From contig NC_083239.1 of NCBI RefSeq assembly GCF_032191835.1, positions 34,844,001-34,908,000 of the forward strand: a stretch of 64,000 nucleotides of DNA. Reading direction: 5' to 3'. A program made the translations under genes and the position numbers. The notes under the pieces were generated by a model, which had not been told where the DNA came from, ran no database searches, and worked only from the letters and a program-made list of their open reading frames with translations. The first letter of the stretch is position 1, and each line of letters opens with the position of its first letter. Shown here in pieces: positions 48,393-60,495 of this stretch. This stretch comes from Heteronotia binoei (taxonomy: Eukaryota).

Positions 48393-49499
48393 CTAATGTT
48401 CCATGTGTATTTGGAACTTGGTACAATATGCTTCTTTTTCAGGGTTCAGTGCACTAACTTCCCAGGTCTTTGCGATGCGAACGCTGGCGGGGGATTCATT
48501 GGATGCACCAGTCCCGCCCAGTCCACTCGAAGTGGATAATCCAGCAGCCCCTGCTCCCTCATCATTGTCTCTGGGTTCCTTGCAGCAAGGCAAAGAGCAG
48601 CGTGATAAAATGGGACGGACTCTGAGGTACATGCCAGCCCAGCAAACACCGACGTTTCGTCGGATGGCGTTGGACGAGAAGAAGAAGATGAAAGGATCCA
48701 AGCAGGTGTTGAAGGAGCTGAGGGCAAAAGTATACTCTCTCCACGTTGGGTCTTTATAATAGATTACTCCAAAGATGTGGGAGATGTTAAAGGGGGCAAA
48801 GCAAAGAGTGTAATTGAGCAAAGTGACCAGAGCCAAGCCCACGGCCCTTTGTTTCTTGCGGGCCTGGATGTTAGGCAGGGAGGCCAAGATGCGGATTACA
48901 TTGACATAACAGAAGAAGGTGATGACAAAAGGAATGCAAAAGAGAACAATGCAGATTTCGAGCCGGAAGGGGTAGATGATCTTCCTCTGCTCTTCGTTGA
49001 ACTCCTTGAAACACACCACATGGTTGGAAGGGCGTTCTGACGACGGGATCGAATCATTGCGTAGGGACCTCACGACAAAGACTGTGCCGCAGTGGGAGCC
49101 AACAAATATCCAGATGAAGATGCTGGCCATCACTGCGTAGGCGGCCTTGCGTTTCATCCTGTACTTGATGGGAAACACCACCCCCAGGTAGCGGTCCACA
49201 CTGATGGCTGTGAGGAAAAGAGTGCTGATGGAGAGGCTGCTGTGGAAGGTGCAGCTGGTGACGGTGCACAGGGCTCTGTGGAAAGGCCATGCATTGTTTC
49301 GGGCTGCCTCCACCATTTTGAGAGGAAGGAAAACCAGAAGGATGACGTCCGATAAAGTCAAGTTGAGCAAGAGGATGTCTATAGGGGCCGGCTTCTTGCG
49401 GACTTTCACTAAGAATGTGTAGAAGGCCAAGAGGTTGGAAGGGAAGCCGATCAGGAAGGTGATGACATAGATAGCAAGAATAACTGTAAGGTTGGTCAT
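48393..49499 (-). CDS. FFAR2: FFAR2-like receptor, 368 aa, intact, subfamily B
   Basis: Uninterrupted 7TM ORF with GFPSN, NLTLSD, DRY, FRLEIC, NISH, WRE and DPFIFF motifs; long Ser/Thr-rich C-tail. Confidence 0.95.
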   Translation of the reverse strand: MTNLTVILAIYVITFLIGFPSNLLAFYTFLVKVRKKPAPIDILLLNLTLSDVILLVFLPLKMVEAARNNAWPFHRALCTVTSCTFHSSLSISTLFLTAISVDRYLGVVFPIKYRMKRKAAYAVMASIFIWIFVGSHCGTVFVVRSLRNDSIPSSERPSNHVVCFKEFNEEQRKIIYPFRLEICIVLFCIPFVITFFCYVNVIRILASLPNIQARKKQRAVGLALVTLLNYTLCFAPFNISHIFGVIYYKDPTWREYTFALSSFNTCLDPFIFFFSSNAIRRNVGVCWAGMYLRVRPILSRCSLPCCKEPRDNDEGAGAAGLSTSSGLGGTGASNESPASVRIAKTWEVSALNPEKEAYCTKFQIHMEH

Positions 49500-49510
49500 C
49501 CTCTCAGCTT

Positions 49511-49540
49511 CTGTAAGGGAAGGAAACTATCATTAGATAG
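49511..49540 (-). promoter_or_regulatory. 3' splice acceptor of the coding exon
   Basis: Reverse complement reads ctaatgatagtttccttcccttacag|aagctgagaggATG; equivalent sites at 39558-39560, 63244-63246 and ~14096. Confidence 0.78.
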
Positions 49541-50019
49541 GAAGCTAGATCAGGAGACATGTTTCTTAGCCCCTGGAAGAGTTTTGATTCAGTTCTATAG
49601 GAGTAAAACAAGAAAAGCTGAATGATAAGACACCATATACTATGGCATTTTTCAGTCTTTCTACTTTCAGGGAATGCTAGTTCCCATATTAGTCCATCTG
49701 CTATGAAACCCCAGCATATTGCAGAGGATTCTGGGTGATGTTCTATGCCAGCTAGGATTCTGGGTGATATCCTAGGGTCTTCTCTGTGGGTCATTAGTCA
49801 AGTTAGCTGATTTCTTATTATTAACCCATGTGAACAGAGAATGCAATCTAGAATTCTCTTCTGTGGCTGGTTTTGTCAAGGAAAAATTGGTTGTTATAGC
49901 CAACCCAGTTTTTAGATTACCACATTATGAATTACTTGAGAGTCTACTACAAGATTCCCAGGAATATAGATGACTGGAAAACATTTTCCCACTTCAGTGA
50001 TGTCTATTGCTAAAAATGA

Positions 50020-50545
50020 TTATTTCAGAGGTATAGTAGCGTTGGTCTGTAGCAGTCGAAATAGCAAAGGAATCCAATGCCACCTAAAGTGTAACAAAAT
50101 TTATTCTAGCAGATCTCACTTCATCGGATCCACGAGGTGTAAATCCATCTAGCTTTTTAATATACACAATAGAATTGTGGGTGAGTATGCTATACAGAAT
50201 GGCCTGAGTTAAACAAGATCCAACTCAAAGAACACTGAGTTTTCTCAGGGAGGGTCTGAGACACTTCCAGCTGTTACATAAGGAAAACACAGACTCAAGC
50301 GCTGGATGAAATTACATAAGCAGACGCAATAGGAAGTTACAGCAGTGCAGCTGAAGTAATGAACATATGAAAGAGGTTGAATATGTAAGAGATTAGCACT
50401 AATAGTGGGCTGGGAAGCCCAGCTCTCCAATAATCCATGGCTGATACATTGTCTTGAATTTGATAATGAATTCTGATTCAGCAGTGTCACATTGAGTTCC
50501 GTCTTTGAAGTTTCTTTGTAAATCAACTGTAATTTTAAGATTTAT
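50020..50545 (-). mobile_element. Penelope-like element 3' fragment
   Basis: Minus translation LQRNFKDGTQCDTAESEFIIKFKT resembles the GIY-YIG C-terminus; related short terminal repeats at ~32575, 47630, 50870, 53920 and 59700. Confidence 0.6.
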
Positions 50546-52399
50546 TTATCAATCCATTGGCCTCCCCACTACCGCCCTACTGCTTTACTGCTCTACTGCA
50601 CTACTGTACGGTGGTGCTGTATTGTGGTACTACTTTGTGCTATACCACCTTGCTGTCATGTCATCTTGCTGAATCATTTTGCTGAACTTTGATGAATGCT
50701 GTAATTAGTCTTATTGTGATTTTTTTTGTGATTTTATTTCTATTTGATGTACTCCGCTCTGAGCCCCCAATGGGAGAATGGGTGGAATATAAATAAACAA
50801 ATACTAATAATATCAATAGCAGAATGTTCTGCAAGATCAAAATATTTTCCCATGTAGTTTCCCAATATTAGGATTTTTAATAAGAGAACCTTTAACAAGA
50901 TTTTTGGCAGGGTATGAGCTTTTTTGAGTCACTGCTCTTGATCTATCTTGGGGGAAGGATTTTTAATGTCATGCTTATGCCTTATTTATTCCTTTGCATA
51001 ATAGGGGCTGCCTTGTTTCCTCTATGCAGAGAGCGGAGACACAATGTTGACTCATGATAATACATATTACCCTGGAGGATGAGGAAGTGAACGAGCCTGA
51101 AATTGTATAGCTGACATTAGCTTTTGGTACGTTGTTAAGCAATTCTGTCACTGGACCTAACAAAATCAGCTGTACCATGCTGGTCTCATTGACTTGTGCG
51201 TCCTCCAATAAAATGTATGCAATTGCATGTCAACATAAGTCTTCTATATTTTTCAGCTGGAAAACATGTCAGCCCTTACACTTAGGTGAAGGGTACAGTC
51301 CCTGAGAATTTCATCACAATAAGGAATGGGAACTCATTTCCCCAGTGCTTCCCACTGAAATGAATGTCAGTGAGACCAAAAATGCAATTATCACCCTGCA
51401 CACATGGCATAATGATATTTAAGAACTCAAACAAAAGTTTTAATGGACAAAATGAAACAATAGATATGCCCATCCCTGAGGCTCAAGGTCTCAATTTCCT
51501 ACCAAAGACCATTGCCTTGAAATTGACCAGTAAGTGAATAATTTCAATGTATCCATCACAGTCAAATTTTAAAAGTGAAATCTGAAATGCTATGTGACAT
51601 TGTTAATGTCTGAATATGAACTGAGAATTTCAGTTTGCAAAATATTTTCTAGTTGGCCTGGTACAGAAGGAAAGGATTAGTTATAGGCCACTATGGATGT
51701 GCGCCTAAAAAATATTGGTATTTTCAGATCCAGATATCAGTATTCCCAATTGTCCAGAAAAAAAAATACCAGTATTCCCAGTTATCCAGGTTAGAAATAC
51801 CAGTTCAGCATTTGGATCTGAGTTTATGTTTCTCGATTTCAGTATTATTCAACTCCACTGTTCCCTACAGGGAATCTTTCCGGAGGGTGGGAGGGGCTGT
51901 TTTGTTATTTTGTTTCAGCAAATTACACCAAAATTGCAATAGAGCTGCTGAGTCTTGTCCCTCAAGTAACCCCCAAGTGTGGAGCATGGGCCCCTGAAAA
52001 AGGTGCCCCAGTCATCCCTCATTATTTCCTATGGAGGGGGAATTCCATGCTTCCACCATGCTTGGCTCATACCAAGCTCTGGGAAGACACAGACACACAG
52101 GGAAAAAAAAATAAAGAAAAAAAACCCCAGTCCTGGGAGCCTTAAAATTCTGGCTCCCCATATTCCTGGTTATTACTGAATATTTACAGCATGTTTTCAA
52201 ACCCATTTCCTGAAAAATTACTGGGTACCATTCACATCCAGAAAATCCCAATAAAGTATTTTTAATATATATATATATATTCAGATTGGATATATCCAAA
52301 TGCACACCCCTAGAACCCACTGTTCACTCTAATGGAGAGGGAGCACATTTCTTGCATACAAAAACTCCCAGTCTAAATCAGAAGTATCTCCAGGTGAAG

Positions 52400-53465
52400 G
52401 GCATAAGAACACCCAACAGCCCTGCTGGATCAGACCAATGGTTCATCTAGTCCAGCATCCTGCCTCACAAAGTGGCCAACCAGTTCCTCTGGATAGCTGA
52501 TAACAGATCATAGAGGCCAAGGATTTCCCCTGATATTGCCTCCTGGCTCTGGGATTCAGACAATTAGTGCTTGTGACTGGAAGTTCCTCTCAGTCACCCT
52601 GGCAGGAGCCATTGATAGACTTATCCTCCATGAATCTATCTATCCACATTTTAATCAATCTCTGTGAAAATAAGTATTTCCTTTTGTCTCTCCTACTGCC
52701 CATCAGCTTCATTGGATGCCCTCGAGTTCTAGTATTGTGGGAGAGGGAAAGTTCTGTCAGCTCTCTCCTCCCCATGCATACTTTTATGACCCTCTATCAT
52801 GTCCCCCCCTTAGTCATCTCTTTTCTAAACTAGAAGTCCCAGACTCTTCAGCCTTTCCTCCTACAGAAGGTGCTCCATCTACCTTATCCTCTTGGATGCC
52901 CTCCTCTGTACTTTCCCCAGCTAATCCTCTTGGATGCCCTCCTCTGTACTTTCCCCAGCTAATCCTCTTGGATGCCCTCCTCTGTACTTTCCCCAGCTTT
53001 GCAATGTCCTTTTTGCAATACAGTGACCAGAACTGTACACAATATCCAGATGAGACTGCATTGTAGATTTATGCAGGGGCTACACAATATTGGCTGTTTT
53101 ATTCTCAATCTCTTTCATAAGAATCCCTTGCATAAAGTTTGCTCTTTACACTGCTATAGCACACTGGCTTGACATTTTCATTGAGCTATCCACTATGACC
53201 CCAAGATCTTTTTCCTTCTCAGCTTCAGCAAGTTCAGACTCCTCTCCTTGAAACTGAGATTTTTTTTTTGTTCCATCACCTTACAATTTACAATTTTTTG
53301 TGCATCACCTTACAATTTACCAACACTGACCTTCATTTGCCACACTGTTGCCCATTCACCCAATTTGTGGAGGTCCTCTCAGAGCTCTTCACAGATAGCT
53401 TTGGTTTCGACCATCCTGAATAATTTGGTGTCACCTGCAACCCTGGCCACTACACTACTTACTCC
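52400..53465 (-). mobile_element. Older CR1 LINE fragment
   Basis: CR1 3' end and RT C-terminal homology to 21487-22500. Confidence 0.82.
52886..52998. repeat. 38-bp unit x3 tandem repeat within CR1
   Basis: atcctcttggatgccctcctctgtactttccccagcta repeated three times. Confidence 0.9.
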
Positions 53466-54149
53466 TGGTTTCAGATCAGTAGGGAAGACTTTTTTCTGCC
53501 AATAGTGAGGCAATGGTCACTAGAGAAGACCATATGGAGCTAGATGGACCCTGAGTCCTGACATGGTAGAAGGCCACTTGATATGGTCTTGCATGCCAAA
53601 GGTTCTAGCCTCAACCACTACCCTCTCCAGTAAAGGATCTCTGGGAACAGGTGCTGGGAAAGACTTTTCTCTACCTGACACCCCCAACAAAGTATTACCA
53701 ATCAGAGCAGCTGACAGTGATAAACATTGGTTTATCTGATAAAAGACCAAAAACTTTCCCCTATGAGGAAACTTACCCATCCCTAGGCTCCGCCCCCCAA
53801 ATCTCCCAATATTTCCAAACCCAATGCTGGAAATTCTATATGAGTCTTTGGACACTACAAGCAGATTGACCAAAGCAGTTATACAAACCATCATGAAATC
53901 TGCTGTGGGAATAATCTCGTTGACTTCAGAACAATGTTCAAGTCCAGTGGCACCTTTAAGACCAACAAAGTTTTATTTAAGGGATAAACTTTTCTGTACA
54001 TGCACACTTCTTCAGATACATTGAAATGGAAGTTACCAGTCCATACATATTGATAGAGGGTGAGTAGGAAATTATCATACAGAACTTGTCTTATTAGGAC
54101 AGAATTTAAAGACAACCTACCTATCGAGAATATCAACTAATTCAGATTA

Positions 54150-54350
54150 AGTCTCGCTGTCTCATCAGATCTTGGAAGCTTAGCAGGGTCAGTCCTGGTT
54201 AATACTTGGATGGGAAACCACCAAGGAATTCCAGGGTTGCTAGACAGAGGCAGCCAATGGCAAAACACCTCTGTTCATCTCTTGCCTTGAAAACTGTGTG
54301 AGAGGGGACTTGCCATAGGTGACAGCAACGTGACAGCAATTTCCACCATC
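54150..54350 (+). mobile_element. 5S rRNA-derived SINE
   Basis: atcttggaagcttagcagggtcagtcctggttaatacttggatgggaaacc matches 5S rRNA with substitutions, followed by a non-5S tail. Confidence 0.75.
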
Positions 54351-54384
54351 AACTAGCCAAATAGGGACAATTTATTTATTATTG

Positions 54385-54590
54385 GGGAGGGACAGTGGCT
54401 CAGTGGTAGAGCATCTGCTTTGTAAGCAGAAGGTCCCAGGTTCAATCCCTGGCATCTCCAAAAAGGGTCCAGGCAAGTAGGCGTGAAAATAATTCGCTTG
54501 AGACCCTGGAGAGCCGCTGTCAGTCTGAGAAGACAATACTGACTTCGATGGACCAAAGGCCTGATTCAGTATAAGGCAGCTTCATATATT
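54385..54590 (+). mobile_element. tRNA(Ala-like)-derived SINE
   Basis: gtggctcagtggtagagcatctgc..ggttcaatccctggcatctcca plus a conserved body; inverted copy at 56893-57086. Confidence 0.8.
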
Positions 54591-54665
54591 CATATTTGAC
54601 CCAATAGCTAAATTCATCTTAAAATAGCAAAGGCACATTCATTTCAGCAGCAGTTCAAATCTTAC

Positions 54666-54760
54666 TTGACTTCCTCGCTGCTCGTTCTTCGAGGTGTGGA
54701 AGAAGTACAGCCTTTTGCAGATGATGCGGCCGACCTGCCTTCTGTCTTCCTAAGGCAGCT
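54666..54760 (-). other. Candidate non-coding 5' exon of the 48393-49499 gene
   Basis: Donor CAA|GTAAGAT (GT at 54665-54664); cagcagcagttcaaatcttacttg matches cagaagcaatttcagatcttacttg at 19.4 kb; no ATG seen in the exon; predicted intron ~5.2 kb. Confidence 0.5.
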
Positions 54761-54779
54761 GTGAGAGCACGTTTCCATG

Positions 54780-54860
54780 TACTGCTTTTTAAAAAATATG
54801 ATGTATTAAATGTGGTGCAATAAGAAGCGGCTGCCTTCTCTGGCCTGGCGGAGGAAGCAG
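54780..54860 (-). promoter_or_regulatory. Candidate core promoter with TATA-like, RUNX, C/EBP-like and ETS/PU.1-like motifs
   Basis: TTTTAAAA at 54786-54796, TGTGGT at 54811-54816 overlapping TGCAATAA, GAGGAAG at 54851-54857, directly upstream of the candidate exon. Short motifs only. Confidence 0.35.
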
Positions 54861-55398
54861 AGGTATTAGGCAACCAACTGCTTTCTGAAAAAAAGAACTA
54901 GGAAGGCATTACCCACAGTTTACCTCCCAGACTGGGAGGAGATCTGTTTTGATTGCACTATAAAAGTCCAGGGTTTGGCAAGGATCAAATACTATCATGT
55001 CTCCAACTTATTGGATTTCTAGCTCCCTTAGAACAGCTATTGGTAAACTTATGCTGGGAGGAGGGAGCTTTACAAACAGGAGGTAATCACAGGTATGAGG
55101 GAATATCTCCCTAGCTGTCAATTAACCCTTATTCACTCCCAGCTCTTCACTGAAGTGAGAAGTAAGTCCTTCCGAGTGAAAAATGTCACCGAAAGAGACA
55201 GAACAGCAGGAGAGCAGCAGAGAAGAATCTATAGGTGTGCCAAGGTGTGCTAACCGCACCCTAAGATCGAGTGCTTAAAGGATTTCCTGGAAAAGCAGCA
55301 CTGAGCCTGAGTTATAATTTATTTTGAGTTTGTGTTGTTGGGATTAGGGTGTTGGCCCTCGAAGATTCAGATTTCAGCTCAGCTATTCAGCTCACAGG

Positions 55399-56069
55399 CA
55401 GGCCTGTAGTCACAGGGGCCCCCGGGGGGCACGCCCCCCCCACCCAACCACCCCTTGGAACTTTATGGCCCCTCCTTTTCCCAGCCCCCGCTCTCTCCAT
55501 GACCACTTTTCTGGTGGCCCCAATGTCTCCCCACTACTCTGGTAGCCCCCCCTCTGGACGGCACTGGCGCCTCCCCCTCCCTCCCTCCCACCTGACAAAA
55601 CAGTAAAGAGCGAGCTCCTGGGGTGCTTTCAAGGCATCTCCCACTGATCACGTGATTGATGGGGAAAGCCACGCCAAAGCTGGCAATTCCTACACCAGCT
55701 TTCCAGCATGCTCGGGACGTTCAGCACTGTCTGCCCCAGTGCTGAACATCCTGAGCATGCTGGAAAGCCAGCATAGGAACTGCTGGCTTTGGTGTGGCTT
55801 TTCCCGCTAATCATGTGATCGGCGGGAGCCGGGGGGATGTGCCTTGAAAGAGCCCCAGGAGCCCACTCTTTACTGTTTTGCCGTGTTGGTGGGTGGGTGG
55901 GAGGGAGAGGGAGGTGCCTTATGGAGTGGTGCAGGGCTGCCAGAGCAGCGGGGAGACATTGGGGCTGCCAGAAAAGTGGCAGCAGAGAGAGCAGGGGCTG
56001 CTGGGGGGCCCCCACCCAAACTTTTCCCTGTGGGCCCCCCCAACTGGAATTTTCTGGATATGGGCCTGC
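55399..56069. mobile_element. GC-rich hAT-type MITE with long internal inverted arms
   Basis: CAGGCC...GGCCTG ends; perfect TSD CTCACAGG; arms ~55500-55690 and ~55785-55990. Confidence 0.88.
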
Positions 56070-57409
56070 TCACAGGCAGTGCCATCCTAAGCAGAAGAAT
56101 ACGTTTCTAAGCCTGTTGACTTTCTCTTGAGTGACCTTGGGTCAGTCACTCACTCGCAGTCCAGCCCACTTTGAAGGGTTGTCCTGAGGACAGACCAGAT
56201 GAAACAACAACCAAATACACCTGAGAGACAAAGCGTGGGACAAACATTTCCCTTCCCTCCGTTCACTTTGTTAGATAGTGTTGAATTTGGGCAAGGAAGC
56301 TGCAAAAGTACCGAATGTGGCAAGAAGGGGAAGCGGTTTTACTTTTGTTGTGAAGGAGATTTTAGTTGTGGTTGTGGTGTGGTGTTTTGCACGTCTCTTT
56401 TGCTAGACTAGAAACTTAGAAGTGGAACATGATAATTCAAGAGGGTGGCGACCTGGGTAAGGAAAAAAATGTTATCAGTACTGATTTACATGGAAATGAA
56501 TTTAAGTATTCATTCTTAGGGTGGGAATAACGGTACCCCTGTCCCTGTATCAGAAATCTGAACTGCAAAAAACAGCATGGAAATTATTTTGTGGCCTAGA
56601 CTTCAATACAGACAGATGCACATTGCATCAGATCACCCAGCTGTAAGTGGGACAACTACAAGCGAGGGCTGGTTTGGAAGCTGGCAACTGTAGGTGGGGG
56701 CTTATCCCAGTGAGTCATGCCCTCTTTGTTACAACCATGTGTCTATTCTTTCTTCAGTGCAGCTGTTCATGAACCTTAATCAGTTCTGCCGGGCCTGCAA
56801 GACCATTCTCTTCCAGCTGGCCTTTTGAGGTGGAACCATTGTATCATCGCAATGAAAACTATGTTTTCACATGCCAAGACTGTGGCACCATAGAACATAT
56901 GAAGCTGCCTTATACTGAATCAGACTCTTGGTCCATCAAAGTCAGTATTGGCAGTGGCTCTCCAGGGTCTCAAGCTGAGGTTTTTCACACCTATTTGCCT
57001 GGACCCTTTTTTGGAGATGCCAGGGATTGAACCTGGGACCTTCTGCTTCCCAAGCAGATGCTCTACCACTGAGCCACCGTCCCTCCCCCATATCATACTG
57101 TGGTTTTAAATTACTAGTTTAAATGCTGTTTTAAATGTAATTGTAGTTTTAATTGCTATGAATTTTATTGCTGTACTACTGTGATAATGTATTTATGTCA
57201 TGTAAGCCACCCTGAGCCTGCTTCGGCGGGAAGGGCGGGATATAAATTAAAATTTATCATTATTATTATTATTATATTTAGATTTATGATGTGGCCCTTG
57301 GTTTTGGTCCCAGCAGCTCAACATTTACAAAAAGTTAGGGGAAATCAAAGACCTACTTATGACAAGGATGCTAGACTATTGAATTTTTGATCCATCTCTG
57401 GTTCGTCTT

Positions 57410-57622
57410 GAAATTCCCCTTTTTGATTTCTGCTCTTCTTTGTGTGAATTGAACCTGTGATTTTTCATTGTTCGTGCCATTTCACATTTCATGTGAAATT
57501 TCGGCTTTGCAAAAGGTTAATCTTGAAACTCCCTTTTTCTATTTCGCCTCTTCTTTGGGTGAATTGAACCTGTGATTTTTCATTGTTTGTGCCATTTCAC
57601 ATTTCATGGTTTTGCAAAAGGT
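57410..57622. repeat. ~115-bp tandem duplication
   Basis: Two copies of gaattgaacctgtgatttttcattgtt..gccatttcacatttcatg. Confidence 0.85.
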
Positions 57623-58289
57623 ATGCATTTTTTTCAGCATAAGTGATGTGTTGATGGCATGGAAATGGACTAAAGGAAACCACTGAAGTGAAAACATCAC
57701 TAAGGTAAATGGATGTTGTGAAAAGGTTCACAGCAACTTATGAACAAGAAGAGAAGAGAAGAAGGAGGAGAGTTGGTTTTTATACCCCATTTTTCACTAC
57801 CTGAAGGAGTTTTAAAGCACCTTACAATTGCCTTCCCTTCTTCTCCCCAAAACAGACACCTTGCGAGGTAGGCAGGGCTGAGAGAGCTCTAAGACAACTG
57901 TGGGTGCAATCACACTACACTAAATAATGTATTTTGCATGTGGATTTTTGCTATTCATACACAGTAAAAATCCAGTTGCAAAATGCATTATTTAGTGTAG
58001 TGGGAATGCACCCCGTGACTGTCCTAAGGTCACCCAGCACTCCTCATGTGGAGGAGGAGTGAGGAATCAAACCTGGTTCTCCAAATCAGAGTCCACTGCT
58101 CTTAACCACTGCACCACGCTGGCCCTTGCCATACTGGAAAGGGGGCATCATCGTATTCCCCTTTTTGGGCATCTCTGTGTTTTGGATGGCTTAACCCAAT
58201 TGTTTTCAACTCAGAACTTTGTTTTTTTTTTTCTTTTAGCTTCATAGCACTCTTTATATAAATACTACCATGAACTTCCACCTTGTGAG

Positions 58290-59430
58290 AGCCAAACATG
58301 GAACAGGGGTTATATGTATGGATATGAGCATGGCTCTCCCAAATTAGGCAAGCTATCTTCTGTTAATAATTGTAAGTGATTATTGTCCAATTTTTTTTGT
58401 GTCTGTTCCAGGCCTGGTCCATCTTGCAGGGTTGTAGCCAGCTGGGGTGTGTGTGTGTGACAGGGGCAGTGCCTCCTATAGAACCTTCAGCACCCCCACC
58501 CAGTCTTCCCTAAACTTCCCTTTGAAAGGAAAGACAGAGAAGATTGGGTAGGGGTGCTGCAGATTCGATATGGGACACTGCCCCTGTGCCCTACTGCTGT
58601 CTATGGCCCTGCCATCTTGAGAAGCTCTTCCAGTGTTCCTTTGCCTTGAGATCATTTTTTTTTTACAAGGCCACATATTTAATCTCCCTATTCCTTGCAG
58701 TTTCAATGCCATGCTTCCCTCCATTAAAAAAGTTCTACAGGTAAAGGTAGTCCCCTGTGCAAGTGCCAGTCGATTCCGACTCTGGATAAAAAATTCTAAG
58801 CTGTCACTAAAGGACAGATTGATAGAAATGGTGACTTGCTTGCATTTTGCCTCTCTTCCTGCAGAGGGCACCTTCTTCCTCCTGAGAACAAACGCTTCCA
58901 ACAACTATCCGTTGCATCGACCGAGAACGATCGGGTAGAACATTCCTCTCCAAAGCTGTGATTTTTAACTAGGGCCGTTTCTCTGTCCTTTCACCACAGG
59001 AAGCCTCGATTCCCGATAGAACATTACACCAGACAATCTGCCTGGTTTGGAAAACACAGGCAGGAAAGAGGCTCCACTTGCCATTAAGACTCTGAGTCGC
59101 AACCACCGAAGGCCACTAAGTGCTACTCCGGCCAGGATCGATGGATCCCCACCTAGGCGTTTCTTTGCAGTGTGCTCGTACCAGGGCAGAGCCCCTTGTA
59201 AACATCCTCCCATCCTTTGCCAAATTGAAGTGGGTTTAAAAAGTACAGCTATTCCCAGGGCAGCTTGACCTACAAGTGAGATGCGGATGGAGAATTGGAG
59301 AACACAGAAGAAATGGAGCATGACCAGGATTGAGGAGAAGAGGTCACAAAGGCTTTGAGGGCCAGGATGGCTGACATCCTGTATCGTAAAGCTCAGACCA
59401 AGACGAATGCAAAAATAGTTGCTCATGATC
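58290..59430. repeat. Second copy of the 43190-44110 block
   Basis: Colinear homology, same orientation, similar position downstream of the paralogous receptor gene. Confidence 0.85.
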
Positions 59431-60495
59431 AAGGGTGGAATTCTAGCAGGAGCTGCTTTGCATATTGGGCCACACGCCCCTGATGTAGCCAATCCGGGGG
59501 TTCTGTTTGCCGCGCGAAAAAGGTGAAGCTAGTTGCAGCCCGGGGCAGATAGTGTGAAGTCTGACAGAACCCCCGAATAGAATAGGAGCGTGAGAGCGGC
59601 GTAAGGCTAGTGGAAATCGGTCTGAGACACAACATGGTATATTCAATATTTTCTTTAAAAATGAACAAGAATTTGATCACTGTTATCTGAGAAAGCTCCA
59701 GCCGACTTGGTCTGAATCAACAACAAAGTTAGGGTCCTATGGTATCTTTAAAACCAACAAAGTTTATTCCGGGTATGAGCTTTCGTGTGTATGCACACTT
59801 CTTCAGACGGTAGAAAGCATTACTCTAAAGAGCTGAGCCATATAGAATAAGGGGAACTACTTTCAATTTGAATGCGTGCACAGCTCCAGGAATTTACTCC
59901 CCTACCCCTTTATTACAAAAGAACCCAATTATAGCATTAGCACAGGTAGGCCCAGCGCTAGGGTTTCTGATGCCCCACACCTCACCCTGCACTGGCACCC
60001 CCTTCTATATCCTTCTCGTGCACGCAAAGCATGCATGGCTTGATGACCTTACTGGAAGTTACGTCACTGGGCTGCACGCACTTCGCATGAACGCTCAGTC
60101 CAGCCCTCTCCCTCTTCAAAAGGAGCTGGGAAGATGGTGACCTCTTCCCAGCTTCCTCTGAAGAGGGAGAGGGACAGGCAGTGGACTGGCTGAGCTGCAT
60201 TTGGGAAGGGCAGAGGCCAGGGCCCCGGAGGTCACTACCCTGCCCCTCAAGAGCAGCCCAAAGTTGCTCCTGCTGCTGCTCAGCAAGGAACAGGGCTGAG
60301 CCGTATTCAAGAGGGGCAGAGGCCAGGGCCCCAGAGGCCGCCTCCTTCTGCCCCAAGAACAGCCAAAAGGCACTCCTGCCACCACCCAGCAAGGGATGGC
60401 TGAGTCAGGTTCGGGTCAGCGTGAGCAGGGAGGGGGAGGGGGCGCCCACTGCTGCCCCTGTGGTGAAGTGGTGCCCCAGGCGGCTGCCTACTTTG

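Noticed and set aside
54150-54250. 5S rRNA gene
   Set aside because: Partial, diverged and followed by a SINE tail, so not a 5S gene.
54385-54460. tRNA-Ala-like gene
   Set aside because: It runs into a conserved SINE body seen in three copies and has a degenerate anticodon arm.
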